A stretch of 64,000 bases of DNA, taken from contig CAVXYC010000015.1 of NCBI GenBank assembly GCA_963765765.1, forward strand, positions 640,001-704,000, given 5' to 3'. The DNA is from an uncultured Chloroflexia bacterium. Its GTDB lineage: Bacteria > Chloroflexota > UBA6077 > JACCZL01. Within the stretch, counting starts at the first letter, position 1. Each line of letters starts with the position of its first letter. The notes beneath the pieces are model-generated. The model had not been told where the DNA came from, searched no databases, and saw only the letters and a list, made by a program, of their open reading frames with translations. Of the stretch, positions 1-9,660 are shown piece after piece. Position numbers and translations under genes: made by a program.

Positions 1-179
1 GTCTCCTCAGGTGCCACGTTGACGACCCTACCCACCACGTGGACCGAGCGACCCATGTTTGGCGGGGGGTACTCGGCATTGCCGTCCGGCTCGTAGAACG
101 GCCGGTTTGGGACGTCAGTTTGCTGGGCCGATTGGTCGGCCTGCGACGGAGTTTCGTTAACGCGTGCTTCTGTTGCCAT
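1..179 (-). CDS. N-terminus of an unidentified protein running off the window (partial)
   Basis: ATG at 179 preceded by GGGAGAG; frame open to the window edge (MATEARVNETPSQADQ...VVGRVVNVAPEE); not in the ORF track. Confidence 0.55.
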   Translation of the reverse strand, partial: MATEARVNETPSQADQSAQQTDVPNRPFYEPDGNAEYPPPNMGRSVHVVGRVVNVAPEE

Positions 180-387
180 GTCTCTCCCAAACCGGGCTTC
201 CCTTTTATCCGTCAAATTCGGAGGGATCAAGCCCATAGCGGACCAACGGCAAACTACCAGACGAACTACTCATTCTATATGACGAAACACTGAGCGAGCG
301 CAAATCCGCTGTGCAAATCCCCCCACGTAGGGCGCGACTCCATGCCGATATCCTGTAACCAGTGAAACGGAAAGGACCCTGGATTTC

Positions 388-936
388 ATGAATCCGCCAG
401 CGAGGCATATCGTAACGGTCTTTGGCGCATCGCGCGTCGGCCCCGACTCGGCTGAATATCGACTTGGCTATGAATTGGGATTGCGTCTTGGCGAAGCCGG
501 GTTTTCCATCTGCAACGGCGGTTACGACGGGACGATGGAGGCAGTAGCCAAGGGCATCCGTGAATCCGGCGGCCGAAGTATCGGCGTACTCGTGGAGTCG
601 CTCGAAGGCCGCACGCACAATCCCTACATCGACGAGGTCGAGCGTACGGAAGGCCTGCTCTATCGGCTCGAGCGATTGGTGACGCTCGGCGAGGCCTACC
701 TCGTCCTCCCCGGCGGCATCGGCACGCTGCTAGAGCTTGCGCTCGTCTGGAACCTTTCCACGGTTCGCGAGCTCGAAAAGCCAATCATTCTCATAGGAAA
801 AGAATGGCGTCAGGCTATCGATAAGCTGAGCGAGCACATCCTCTTGCGCGAGGGCGACCGCGAGCGGCTGATTCACGTGCACAGTACAGACGCGGTCGTT
901 TCAATGCTGCGTGAGCACTTCGCGGCCGCCAGCTAA
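388..936 (+). CDS. LOG/YgdH (Rossmann-fold nucleotide phosphoribohydrolase) family protein
   Basis: VTVFGAS start, NGGYDGTMEAV, and PGGIGTLLE matching the PGGxGTxxE motif. Confidence 0.9.
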   Translation: MNPPARHIVTVFGASRVGPDSAEYRLGYELGLRLGEAGFSICNGGYDGTMEAVAKGIRESGGRSIGVLVESLEGRTHNPYIDEVERTEGLLYRLERLVTLGEAYLVLPGGIGTLLELALVWNLSTVRELEKPIILIGKEWRQAIDKLSEHILLREGDRERLIHVHSTDAVVSMLREHFAAAS

Positions 937-954
937 ACGCAGCGTGGGCCGCCC

Positions 955-1566
955 TTACCTCGGCCGTGGTGATTGGATGGCCTGCTGAACAGGCCGAGTC
1001 GTTGAGGTTGGCGCAGCCTTAGAAGCGGGAGTAGCGGGAGCGGCGCTTGTCGTGGGCCCCGCGGCTCTATTCGGCGGCGCGGCGGCTCGCGTGGGCGTCG
1101 GTTGTGCGCGGGGCGCCGTAGCGCTTGTTGATCGTGGTGTCACTGGCGCTCGGGCTGAGGGGGCGGTTGCGCGTGGGTCGGCCGTTGGCTGAGCTGGAGT
1201 TGGACTCACTGCCGGAATTGGCGATCGAGCGCCCAGCCGCACGATTGAGCTTACGGTAGCATCCGGCGTTGGCTGGGGCAGTGCGCCTGACTCCGCGGAT
1301 AGGACCTTTCCGCGCCAGCAGCCTGTTGTCAGGAGTGTGGTCAATAGTAGGATCAGGATGCCGCGTGAGATGGGGAAGCGGCGACGAGCTCCACTCGAGT
1401 CGTAGCGGACCCGGGCAAGCGAAATCCTGAGACGCACGACTCCAGTATCACTCCTGATGAGCGTCGGCGATGCGTCCGAAGTCGTCGTTATGGCAAGTCG
1501 TGGCAAATCGTCACGCGGTTGTGACGTGCTGAAGCGCATTTCGTTTACACGAATGATCTGCGGCAT
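955..1566 (-). CDS. Pro/Ala/Thr-rich putative lipoprotein (start uncertain)
   Basis: Hydrophobic stretch ending LLTTGC (lipobox-like) followed by a low-complexity PT/PA tail. Confidence 0.5.
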   Translation of the reverse strand: MPQIIRVNEMRFSTSQPRDDLPRLAITTTSDASPTLIRSDTGVVRLRISLARVRYDSSGARRRFPISRGILILLLTTLLTTGCWRGKVLSAESGALPQPTPDATVSSIVRLGARSPIPAVSPTPAQPTADPRATAPSARAPVTPRSTSATAPRAQPTPTRAAAPPNRAAGPTTSAAPATPASKAAPTSTTRPVQQAIQSPRPR

Positions 1567-1599
1567 AGTCAGTCAGGATGAATTCACCGGAGGCAGGCC

Positions 1600-2581
1600 A
1601 TGGTATTGCTGCTTAATGAGGCTGAGGTTTCTGATCTCTACACCGTCAGGAATGCAATCGAGGATGTGGAGATGGCGCTACGGGAGCTTGGCGAAGGTGC
1701 CGCGACCAATCAGCCGCGCAACCGCGTGGTCACCGGTAACGGCTCATTGCAGGTGATGTCCGGCTTCGTTCCTGGGGCTCAGGCGCTGGGCCTCAAGTAC
1801 TATTCAGCCTCTGCGGTCCGGTGCAAGCTTTGTCGTGTCGCTATTCGATAGCGAGACGGGCCAGCTCCTGGCAATCATGGAAGGAAATACGCTCGGCCAG
1901 ATTCGCACCGGCGCGGCCTCCGGCGTCGCGAGCAAGGTGCTGGCTCGCGCGGATGCTTCGTCCGTCTCCGTGATTGGAAGCGGCTGGCAGGCCAGGACAC
2001 AGCTCGAGGCGGTCTGCGCGGTCCGAAACATTGAACGAGCCAATGTGTTCAGTCGCGATTCCGAACGCCGTGGCGCGTTTGCCCGGGATATGTCCGAGAA
2101 GCTGGGAATCCCCGTGACGGCGGCTGATACCGGTGAAGAGGCCGTACGCGGGACTGATATCGTCATCGTCATCACCAACGCTCGAACGCCGGTGCTCGAG
2201 GGCCAGTGGCTTGAGCCAGGCATGCACGTAAACGCGGCCGGATCGAATCGCGCAAACGCCGCTGAGCTGGATGTCGCAGCGGTCGCCCGTGCGAACGTCA
2301 TTACGGTGGACCAGCTCGCCGATGCCAAAATCGAGTCGGGCGACCTCATCGCGGCTGTTCAGGCGGACGCCGTTGCCTGGGAGAACGTTATCGAGCTGGG
2401 AGCCATCCTGGCCGGGAAGGCGGAGGGGCGCGTCTCGGACGAGCAGATCACGCTCTTTGAGTCTCAAGGACTCGCGATCGAGGACCTGGTGGCAGCGAGA
2501 AGGGTTTACGACCTTGCAACGAAGCAAGGCATAGGGACGGAGATCCCGCTATTCACAAGCGGAGGTGGAAAGCCTCGCTGA
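1600..2581 (+). CDS. Ornithine cyclodeaminase/mu-crystallin family protein (frameshift near 1825)
   Basis: ORF 1600..1851 (NQPRNR, GLKYY) joins 1835..2581 (RTGAASG, IGSGWQA, HVNAAGS, FESQGLAIED). Confidence 0.9.
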
Positions 2582-2618
2582 GAGACTTGACTAACCAGGC
2601 GGCTGCGGAGCTCCAAGG

Positions 2619-3002
2619 CTATTCCTTGGGCGGGATCTTTAGCGTCTGACCGATTTTGAGGGCATCCGGATTCTCGCCAATAGCATCCTTGTTGGCTTCG
2701 TAGATCTTGCGCCACTCAGCAGGGTCTTCGTAGTACTGTTGAGCAAGTGATGCTAGCGTGTCGCCCTCACCCACGGTGTGCGTCTGGCCTGGCTGGTCGG
2801 CCGAGCTTGTCGACTGAGGCGAAGACGCCGGAACTACCACCGGCGAGGCTGCCGGAGAAGCCACGGGAGATGCGACCGGGGGAATCGGTGTAGGAGCAGC
2901 GGTCTGGTTTTGACCGAAGCAGCCAGAAAGCACGGACGATGCCGCGGCCAGAGCCGCGGAGATCGCGAATGTTCGGACAGATGAACGCGAAACCATCAGC
3001 AT
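2619..3002 (-). CDS. LysM domain lipoprotein
   Basis: Lipobox LSGC; LysM HTVGEGDTLASLA...WRKIYEAN...IGQTLKIP; GAGG RBS before ATG at 3002. Confidence 0.9.
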   Translation of the reverse strand: MLMVSRSSVRTFAISAALAAASSVLSGCFGQNQTAAPTPIPPVASPVASPAASPVVVPASSPQSTSSADQPGQTHTVGEGDTLASLAQQYYEDPAEWRKIYEANKDAIGENPDALKIGQTLKIPPKE

Positions 3003-3066
3003 CGGCACCTCAGTCGGAGTATAGTTCCGCGCTAACCCAGGTGCCGCGATGAACCTGGACACGGAA

Positions 3067-4374
3067 ATGCCACAAATAAGTCCATTCTTAGGTTTGCGCT
3101 TTGACGAGAATCACGTTGGCGACGTGGGCGCGGTGTTGTGCCCGCCGTACGACGTCATTAGCCCCGCAGAGCAGCAGCAATTGCTTGACCAGAGCCCTTT
3201 CAATATCGTGCGCGTGGAGCTCAGTCGTGATGAGTCCAGCGATGACAATTCGAGAAATCGATATGTGCGGGCCGCCGAGCTGATCGGGCAGTGGCGAGCC
3301 GCTGGGGCTCTCACCGAAGAGCAACGGCCGGCCTACTATTTGATGGCGCACACGTTTACCTGGGCTGGTCAAAACTACACTCGTCATGGTCTCTTTTCGG
3401 CAGTGCGTCTCCATCCCTGGAGCGACGGAGTGGTGCTGCCACACGAAGAAACGTTCTCCGGTCCGAAAGAGGATCGGTACAAGCTTCTGAGTGCTACCAA
3501 TGTCAACGTGAGTCCAGTGTTCATGGTGATGCGCGAGCAGCCCGAGGCGCTAAAGCAAGCGTGGACAGCCGCTGAAGCGAAGAGTGCGGCCGTTGACGTC
3601 ACTCTTAATGGCGAGCGACATCAGTTGTGGGTGTTGGACGACCCCGAGACCGTGGAGAAGATTGCAGAAGAGCTCGAAGGGCGGACTCTGTACATTGCAG
3701 ATGGCCACCATCGATACGAAACAGCTCTGCGATACAGTGTCGAGCGATCCGAGGCACAGCGGCTCGACGAGGATCATCCAGCTCATTTCGTACTCAGCTA
3801 CATCGCCACGATGGATGATCCCGGACTCGTTGTTCTGCCAACTCATCGACTGATACGAGGAGTGTCCTCTGAGAACGTACGGGACGCCATCCGGGGTTAC
3901 GGGAGTGCCTTCGTGTCCGAATCCGTACCGCTGGACAGTGCAGAGGGCGGCTTGAAGCGCGCCCAGCAGCGAATCGAGGAGCTGGCACGCGAACGCCCAA
4001 CATTCGGTCTCATTGGCTCCGACGCCCGCGACGTGACGATCTACTCGTTGAGCGATTCAAGCGTGATGGAGCAGCTCCTGCCGAACGCGGTGCCGGCCTG
4101 GCGTGCATTAGATGTGTCCGTGCTGCAGACGCTGGTTCTAAATCCGCTTCTGCCAACGCACCAGGAGCGAGACTCCTCGTTGACCTACACGCGTGATCCA
4201 GAATTGGCTCTTGCTAGCTTGCGTAATGGCGACGCTCAGGCGGCATTCATTATGAGCACGCCTTCAGTTCCTGCCATGGCCAACGTCGCCGATGCACGCG
4301 CCCGTATGCCGGAGAAGTCGACCTACTTCTACCCCAAGGTCCCTACCGGCATCGTAATGCGCAGCATTGCCTAG
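3067..4374 (+). CDS. DUF1015 family protein
   Basis: PPYDVIS, PHEET, YIADGHHRY, PTHR and MPEKSTYFYPK motifs. Confidence 0.93.
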   Translation: MPQISPFLGLRFDENHVGDVGAVLCPPYDVISPAEQQQLLDQSPFNIVRVELSRDESSDDNSRNRYVRAAELIGQWRAAGALTEEQRPAYYLMAHTFTWAGQNYTRHGLFSAVRLHPWSDGVVLPHEETFSGPKEDRYKLLSATNVNVSPVFMVMREQPEALKQAWTAAEAKSAAVDVTLNGERHQLWVLDDPETVEKIAEELEGRTLYIADGHHRYETALRYSVERSEAQRLDEDHPAHFVLSYIATMDDPGLVVLPTHRLIRGVSSENVRDAIRGYGSAFVSESVPLDSAEGGLKRAQQRIEELARERPTFGLIGSDARDVTIYSLSDSSVMEQLLPNAVPAWRALDVSVLQTLVLNPLLPTHQERDSSLTYTRDPELALASLRNGDAQAAFIMSTPSVPAMANVADARARMPEKSTYFYPKVPTGIVMRSIA

Positions 4375-4387
4375 ACGGGGAACGAAA

Positions 4388-4429
4388 GACGGAGGACCGA
4401 AGAGGGTGATCTAACCCTCGTCTTCCGTC
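4388..4429. other. Intergenic stem-loop between DUF1015 and ggt
   Basis: GACGGAGGAC..GAGGGT pairs with ACCCTC..GTCTTCCGTC; no U-tail. Confidence 0.4.
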
Positions 4430-4460
4430 GCCTATCCGACGTCGACGAAGGAGCGCTCAC

Positions 4461-6080
4461 ATGCCTGACCTCGTACGAACAAGTCGCCCGCTAGTCACCG
4501 GGCGTGGCGGCGCCGTTGCTAGCGGCCACCCATTGGCGTCCCGAGCGGGGCTCGAGATGCTCCGTCGTGGAGGCAACGCTGCAGACGCGGCGATAGCCAC
4601 GGCCGCGGCGTTAGCCGTGGTGGAGCCGCAGATGTCCGGCCTAAATGGAGACGGTTTCTTCCTGGTGCGAAAGCCAAGCGGACAAACGGTAGTGCTCAAT
4701 GCCACAGGTATGGCTCCACGAGCGGCCAGCGTAGACCGGTTTGGCGATCGACTTCCTCGGCGAGGGGCGGCATCCGCCTCGGTTCCCGGGCTGGTGGATG
4801 GTTGGCTTACGCTCCACGCACATCATGCGAGCCTACCGCTCACGGACCTTCTCGCGCCTGCCATCGAATATGCGCGAGATGGTTACGCGGCGACTCAGCG
4901 CTTGTGCGGGTTTATTCGTCAGGACGCCGCGGACCTGGCCGCTGATCCGGAATGCGCTCGTATTTTCATGCCGAAGGGAGAGGTCCCGCGCACCGGAGAT
5001 CTCATTCGACAAACGGCCCTGGCCTCGACGCTGGAGCGTGTCGCGGTTCACGGTCGAGACGATTTCTATGAGGGCGAGACTGCTCGCCGTTTCGCGGATT
5101 TCTGTCAGAGGAACGGCGGTTTCATCTCGACTGAAGACATGAAAGCGATTCGCACAGAGCTTCAGGATCCGATTGAGACGAGCTATCGTGGCTATACGGT
5201 CCTGGAAGCGCCTCCTAACTCAACAGGCCATGTGCTTCTCCAGGAGCTCAACATTGTTGAGCAGTTCGATCTCGGGAGCATGGGGTTCTTATCTGCGGAC
5301 CATATTCACACGCTTGTGGAGGCTAAGAAACTGGCGTTTGCCGATCGCGAAGCATTCAGCGGCGATCCACGCTTCGTCGACGTGCCAGTGGAGATGCTCC
5401 TGTCGAAGCAGCGCGCACGCGAGCAGGCTCAACAGATCGATGCTGGCCGCGCGGCGCATCGGCCCCTTGCTGCCGGCGCACCGACCGGGAGTGGCGACAC
5501 CACCTACTTCGCGGTCGTGGACGCGGATGGTCTTGCGATCTCGGCGATTCAGAGTCTGAACCAGGCCTGGGGCGCGGCCACGATTGATCCCGCAACGGGC
5601 ATGCTGCTGAATAATCGAATGCTGTACTGGCACCTCGAGTCCGGGCATCCAAATCAACTGGCCCCCGGGAAACGCGTGCGGCACACGATGAATCCGCCTA
5701 TGGTCGTCCGTGATGGCAAACTCGTGCTGGTATTCGGCACGCCCGGTGCAGATCAGCAGGTTCAGGTCAACTTGCAAGTCTTGACCGGGATCATCGATTT
5801 TGGATTGGACCCGCAGGAAGCGATCGAAATGCCGCGCTGGCGCAGCTTCCAGCCCGGCGGTGAGTCCGACTGGCCGCACGGCACCTCCTCGAATCTGCTC
5901 ATTGAGAATCGTGTGCCCGTGGAAACGCTGCGCTCGCTGGAGAGTTATGGGCACACCCTCGAGGTCGTGGGGCCGCTGGAGGGCGGCTGCAATGAGCAAG
6001 CCATCATGGTTCACCCAGAGAACGGCATGCTCATGGCGGCGTCCGACCCGCGGCGCGACGGATATGCACTGGCGCTGTAG
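4461..6080 (+). CDS. ggt: Gamma-glutamyltransferase
   Basis: GGNAADAAIA, VVEPQMSGLNGDGF, nucleophile DTTYF, GTPGADQQ, C-terminal SDPRRDG. Confidence 0.93.
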   Translation: MPDLVRTSRPLVTGRGGAVASGHPLASRAGLEMLRRGGNAADAAIATAAALAVVEPQMSGLNGDGFFLVRKPSGQTVVLNATGMAPRAASVDRFGDRLPRRGAASASVPGLVDGWLTLHAHHASLPLTDLLAPAIEYARDGYAATQRLCGFIRQDAADLAADPECARIFMPKGEVPRTGDLIRQTALASTLERVAVHGRDDFYEGETARRFADFCQRNGGFISTEDMKAIRTELQDPIETSYRGYTVLEAPPNSTGHVLLQELNIVEQFDLGSMGFLSADHIHTLVEAKKLAFADREAFSGDPRFVDVPVEMLLSKQRAREQAQQIDAGRAAHRPLAAGAPTGSGDTTYFAVVDADGLAISAIQSLNQAWGAATIDPATGMLLNNRMLYWHLESGHPNQLAPGKRVRHTMNPPMVVRDGKLVLVFGTPGADQQVQVNLQVLTGIIDFGLDPQEAIEMPRWRSFQPGGESDWPHGTSSNLLIENRVPVETLRSLESYGHTLEVVGPLEGGCNEQAIMVHPENGMLMAASDPRRDGYALAL

Positions 6081-6135
6081 TCAGGCGACTTCGTGAGCTC
6101 CATGTAAGTAGCGGCAGTGCTACATCCAATCCCTG

Positions 6136-6256
6136 GCGCCGGGCATCCTGCCCGCGCGCGAAGCGTTCGTCTTGCCAATGACGTGCGAATCCGCAGCGTA
6201 GCTGAACGAGATGGCGGCTGCAGTGGCGCTTCGCGTGCGGGCAGGATGCCCGGCGC
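6136..6256. repeat. REPIN-like inverted repeat (30-bp arms, 61-nt spacer)
   Basis: GCGCCGGGCATCCTGCCCGCGCGCGAAGCG (6136-6165) vs 6227-6256, 1 mismatch; each arm holds the palindrome GGGCATCCTGCCC; lies between convergent genes. Confidence 0.75.
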
Positions 6257-6331
6257 GGCGGATGGCTGGTTTTGTGAGAGAGGCTCGCGCTCGCTGAGGG
6301 AGACAGGCGGGACGACCGCGGTACCAGGGGA

Positions 6332-7768
6332 CTATGGCAGTGCGAAGCCGATCGAGCTCGAAACGGGCGGCGAGATCATTTCTTGCCGCACGCGCTCTAG
6401 GCGGCGAACGATGTCGATCAACGGGGCGGGTGGAGAACCTGCAGTTGACATAACAACGTTTTTCTCTCGCTGCCCATCGCGCGCCGTGACCGAGAAGGTC
6501 AGCGCGTCGGGAATTGGTCGCAGGGCCACGTGCCTGGGCAGCATGTTGAAGAAATCGCTCTCAGGAAACAGTGCCGCGACCTCCTGGAATCGGTTGACGC
6601 CAAGCTCTACGTCGATGGGGGCGCCAGAGCGCCGTTGTAGGTGCGCGTGTCCTGGGGGGCTGATGGTGAGGACGTCGTTTAGCCCAGCCAGTCCGCCGGT
6701 GACATGAAAAGTAATGTTGAGATCCAGCGGCTCAGCTTGCGGGCCCACCGGGTCCATGATCGCATCCACGCTCGAGCCATCCGCGGTTGCCGAGTAAATC
6801 ATGGCTGTAGCCTGGTCGATGGCTAGTGCGTCCGTCGCGGTGCCTGTCTCAACCGAGCCGAGAATTGAGCCTGTCAGCGGATCCAGGGCGATGATGAGAT
6901 CCGCGTCCCCGGCCGCCAGGTAGACTCGCGACCTTCTCTCGTTGACGGCGATGTCCCGAACGCGTGTGTCCCAGCCCATCAGCCGATTGACAACCTGAAG
7001 CTGGTCCGCATCGACGATGACCAGATCACCGCCTGTGAGAAGGGGGACGTAGATGCGTCCAACACCATCGAGGACTGCCATTCCGTCGGGTCTATCCGGC
7101 AATGAGATCTGAGTTACCGGGACCAGGCGCTCATTGTCGATGACTACAAGTGATGCGTGCGCGGCCTCCTGACCGATTGTGGCGGCGAGGAGTCGATTTC
7201 GTACCCGATCAAATCCCAGAGCGATGGGCTCCATTCCTAGGTCGATGTTTCCTGTCGTCGTAAGGGTAGAGACGTCCAGCACACGAACCGCTTTATCGCG
7301 GCTCAGTGCTACGAAGAGCTTGCCGGAGGCTGGCTCCAACAGGAGTACTTGCGGACCACCGCTGACGCGAGCAGTCGTCACCACGCGTAGCGTGGGGCCA
7401 TGGATGACGGTAATCGTATCCAGTGCGCTGTTAGCGACGTACACGAGTCCCGTGAGGGGGTTTACGCTTATTGCGCTAGGCGGCATCGTATACGGTATGG
7501 AGCCAACTGCTCGTCTGGTTGCCAGGTTCATCACTGAGATGGCGTGCTCCGGCCGTTCGTCCGTGACGCCCGTAGCAAGGTACGCCTGCCCCAGCACTGG
7601 GTCCACCGCGAAGATGACAGGTCGGGAAGCGTTGATGCCTTGGTCACCGGGCGCGGCCTGCGTGCGACCGCTGAGGGCGGGCAGCAGGATTGCCGCGAAC
7701 ATCGCAGCGCGCACCAGCGGACGGACTCTGCTGTGGTTAGTCTGCCAGCTCATCTCGTCTCCAGCCAT
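6332..7768 (-). CDS. Secreted YVTN/YncE beta-propeller protein with C-terminal emfourin-like domain
   Basis: Signal peptide (AQA-type cleavage, RTQA|A); repeats such as ISVNPLTGLVYVANSALDTITVI; C-terminal ITFHVTGGLAG...DFF...PDALTFSVT...P. Confidence 0.75.
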   Translation of the reverse strand: MAGDEMSWQTNHSRVRPLVRAAMFAAILLPALSGRTQAAPGDQGINASRPVIFAVDPVLGQAYLATGVTDERPEHAISVMNLATRRAVGSIPYTMPPSAISVNPLTGLVYVANSALDTITVIHGPTLRVVTTARVSGGPQVLLLEPASGKLFVALSRDKAVRVLDVSTLTTTGNIDLGMEPIALGFDRVRNRLLAATIGQEAAHASLVVIDNERLVPVTQISLPDRPDGMAVLDGVGRIYVPLLTGGDLVIVDADQLQVVNRLMGWDTRVRDIAVNERRSRVYLAAGDADLIIALDPLTGSILGSVETGTATDALAIDQATAMIYSATADGSSVDAIMDPVGPQAEPLDLNITFHVTGGLAGLNDVLTISPPGHAHLQRRSGAPIDVELGVNRFQEVAALFPESDFFNMLPRHVALRPIPDALTFSVTARDGQREKNVVMSTAGSPPAPLIDIVRRLERVRQEMISPPVSSSIGFALP

Positions 7769-7937
7769 CCTGATCGACCGTGGTCAGAAAGCGCGGGGCT
7801 TCCTCTTGCGGCGCCGTTTATCTCGGCGTTGTTTGCGCGAACATTCGCCCGCCTGGCAGGGCGAGTTTCTCGCCATAGAATAATCGACCGGTTGATCCTG
7901 GTGTCGTCTCATGAGCTTCACGGGCTCAAAAAGGGAA

Positions 7938-9140
7938 TTAGTCGGGAGCGTTTAAGCGCAGTCCGAGAATGCTTGCCATCGTGCGCAGCTCGGCTTGCGC
8001 GGAGTAGATATCACCACGCACATCGTGAGCCTCGGAGATGGTCTCGGCTAGCGAACGCAGGACTTCAATAGCCGTGGCCATGTCGAGATCATTCTCCAGG
8101 GCCCGTAGGAATGCATCTCGGAACGGCTCGGCCTTCAGTGTGCCGTTGTTCCCGCCGGTTAGCCACACTACAAGGGCGAGCGAATCTGCTAACTCCTGAG
8201 CCGCTTCTAACTTGTCCTCGTCGAAGGCGAACGACTCGCGATAGTGCTCTCCGTGGAGATAGAGCCGTATCGCGTCTGAGCTGTAGCGCTTGAGCAGGTC
8301 CTGCGCAAGAATCAGATTCCCGAGCGACTTACTCATTTTCTCCGTACCCAGATGGAGCATTCCGTTGTGCACCCACAAATGCGAAAAGGGTCGCTTGCCT
8401 GTATACGACTCGCTCTGAGCGATCTCATTTTCATGGTGGGGATAAGCTAGATCGGCGCCACCACCGTGAATATCCAGCGTAGGGCCAAGGTGATCGATTG
8501 CCATGGCACTACATTCAATATGCCAGCCTGGGCGACCGAGACCCCAGGGGCTCTCCCAGGCCAGCTCACCGGGCTTCTGGCCTAGCCAGAGGACGAAATC
8601 CAAAGGCCATTCCTTACTCGGATCATCCGTGCGGTCGCCGGTCTCATTCAGTTTGTCCATCATGACATTCTGCGGGAGGCCGCTTAGCTCGCCGTAGGTC
8701 GAAACCGAGCGCACGCGAAAGTAGACGTTGGGGCCAGCGGCGTACGCGTGCTCACTAGCAACGAGCGATTCAATGATCTCGACCATTTTGCCGATATGGT
8801 CCGTTGCGCAGGTGTACTCGACCGGCGGTAACACATTCAGCGCGGCCAGGGAATCCTGATGCACCTGTGCCCATCGAGCTCCCAGCTCGTCCCATGGCTC
8901 GCCAACTTCTTTCGCCTTGCGAAGAATGTCGTCGTCGATATCAGTGACGTTCTGGATGTACTGAACGTCGAAGCCGCGATAGCGAAAGTAGCGATTGATC
9001 ACGTCAAACGTGGCGTACGTCAGGGCGTGTCCAAGGTGCGTGGTATCGTACGGTGTGACACCACAGACGTACATGCGGAGCGTGCCGTCAGTCGGTGTCA
9101 CCTTATCCAGCGCGCCGGTCAATGAGTTGTAGAGTCGCAC
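7938..9140 (-). CDS. MshC-like / truncated cysteine--tRNA ligase family protein
   Basis: MYVCGVTPYDTTHLGH, QNVTDIDD, PGWHIEC, HGGGADL.PHHENE, KMSKS; only 400 aa with no CysRS anticodon-binding domain. Confidence 0.8.
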   Translation of the reverse strand: MRLYNSLTGALDKVTPTDGTLRMYVCGVTPYDTTHLGHALTYATFDVINRYFRYRGFDVQYIQNVTDIDDDILRKAKEVGEPWDELGARWAQVHQDSLAALNVLPPVEYTCATDHIGKMVEIIESLVASEHAYAAGPNVYFRVRSVSTYGELSGLPQNVMMDKLNETGDRTDDPSKEWPLDFVLWLGQKPGELAWESPWGLGRPGWHIECSAMAIDHLGPTLDIHGGGADLAYPHHENEIAQSESYTGKRPFSHLWVHNGMLHLGTEKMSKSLGNLILAQDLLKRYSSDAIRLYLHGEHYRESFAFDEDKLEAAQELADSLALVVWLTGGNNGTLKAEPFRDAFLRALENDLDMATAIEVLRSLAETISEAHDVRGDIYSAQAELRTMASILGLRLNAPD

Positions 9141-9338
9141 AGCTCCGTATCGTCTCCCCGGGTGAGCTCACCAACGCATTGTAGTGCCCGGCGGGCTACG
9201 GCGCGTAGAGACGAGGTGCAGCGGGCATACGGCGTTCACTGGCCCCATGCAAATCTCGCCACGCGGAGCAATTCCCTACCTTGCGCCTAGGGGCGTGCGT
9301 GGCGGACAGTTGAATCCAGAGTACGTGAGGAGCACGAT

Positions 9339-9660
9339 ATGAACACAAACCAACCTCGATCCGAGAAGCAGGGCGCATCCGGCTTTGGTCCCCGGCCTCC
9401 GGCCTTCGGTATGACTCGCGATCGCGGTCGACGCCTCGAGATCATCCTCGCATTCCGTTCGGGCGGAGTGATCAATGTCAATCACGAGATTGAGGAAGAC
9501 ATCACCGAAGAGCTCGTGAAGGCGTTTGCTGAGGAGCTCAGGGGTCAGGTGAGAGCCGGGGAGATACGTGGCTTCACTGATTCCTGGAGCACCACCGGGC
9601 AGTCACGCCTGGGTCAATCTGGCTGACGTGTCGGCATTCTCCGTCCGTCCCGCTAGATGA
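9339..9660 (+). CDS. Hypothetical protein (probable frameshift near 9603), coupled to the LLM gene
   Basis: GAGGAG RBS; an alternative frame continues HAWVNLADVSAFSVRPAR* with TGA overlapping the next ATG (ATGA). Confidence 0.6.

Noticed and set aside
5289-6014. Long antisense or alternative-frame ORFs over ggt (similarly over groEL, the propeller gene and the ABC protein)
   Set aside because: They overlap well-supported genes and lack recognisable domains
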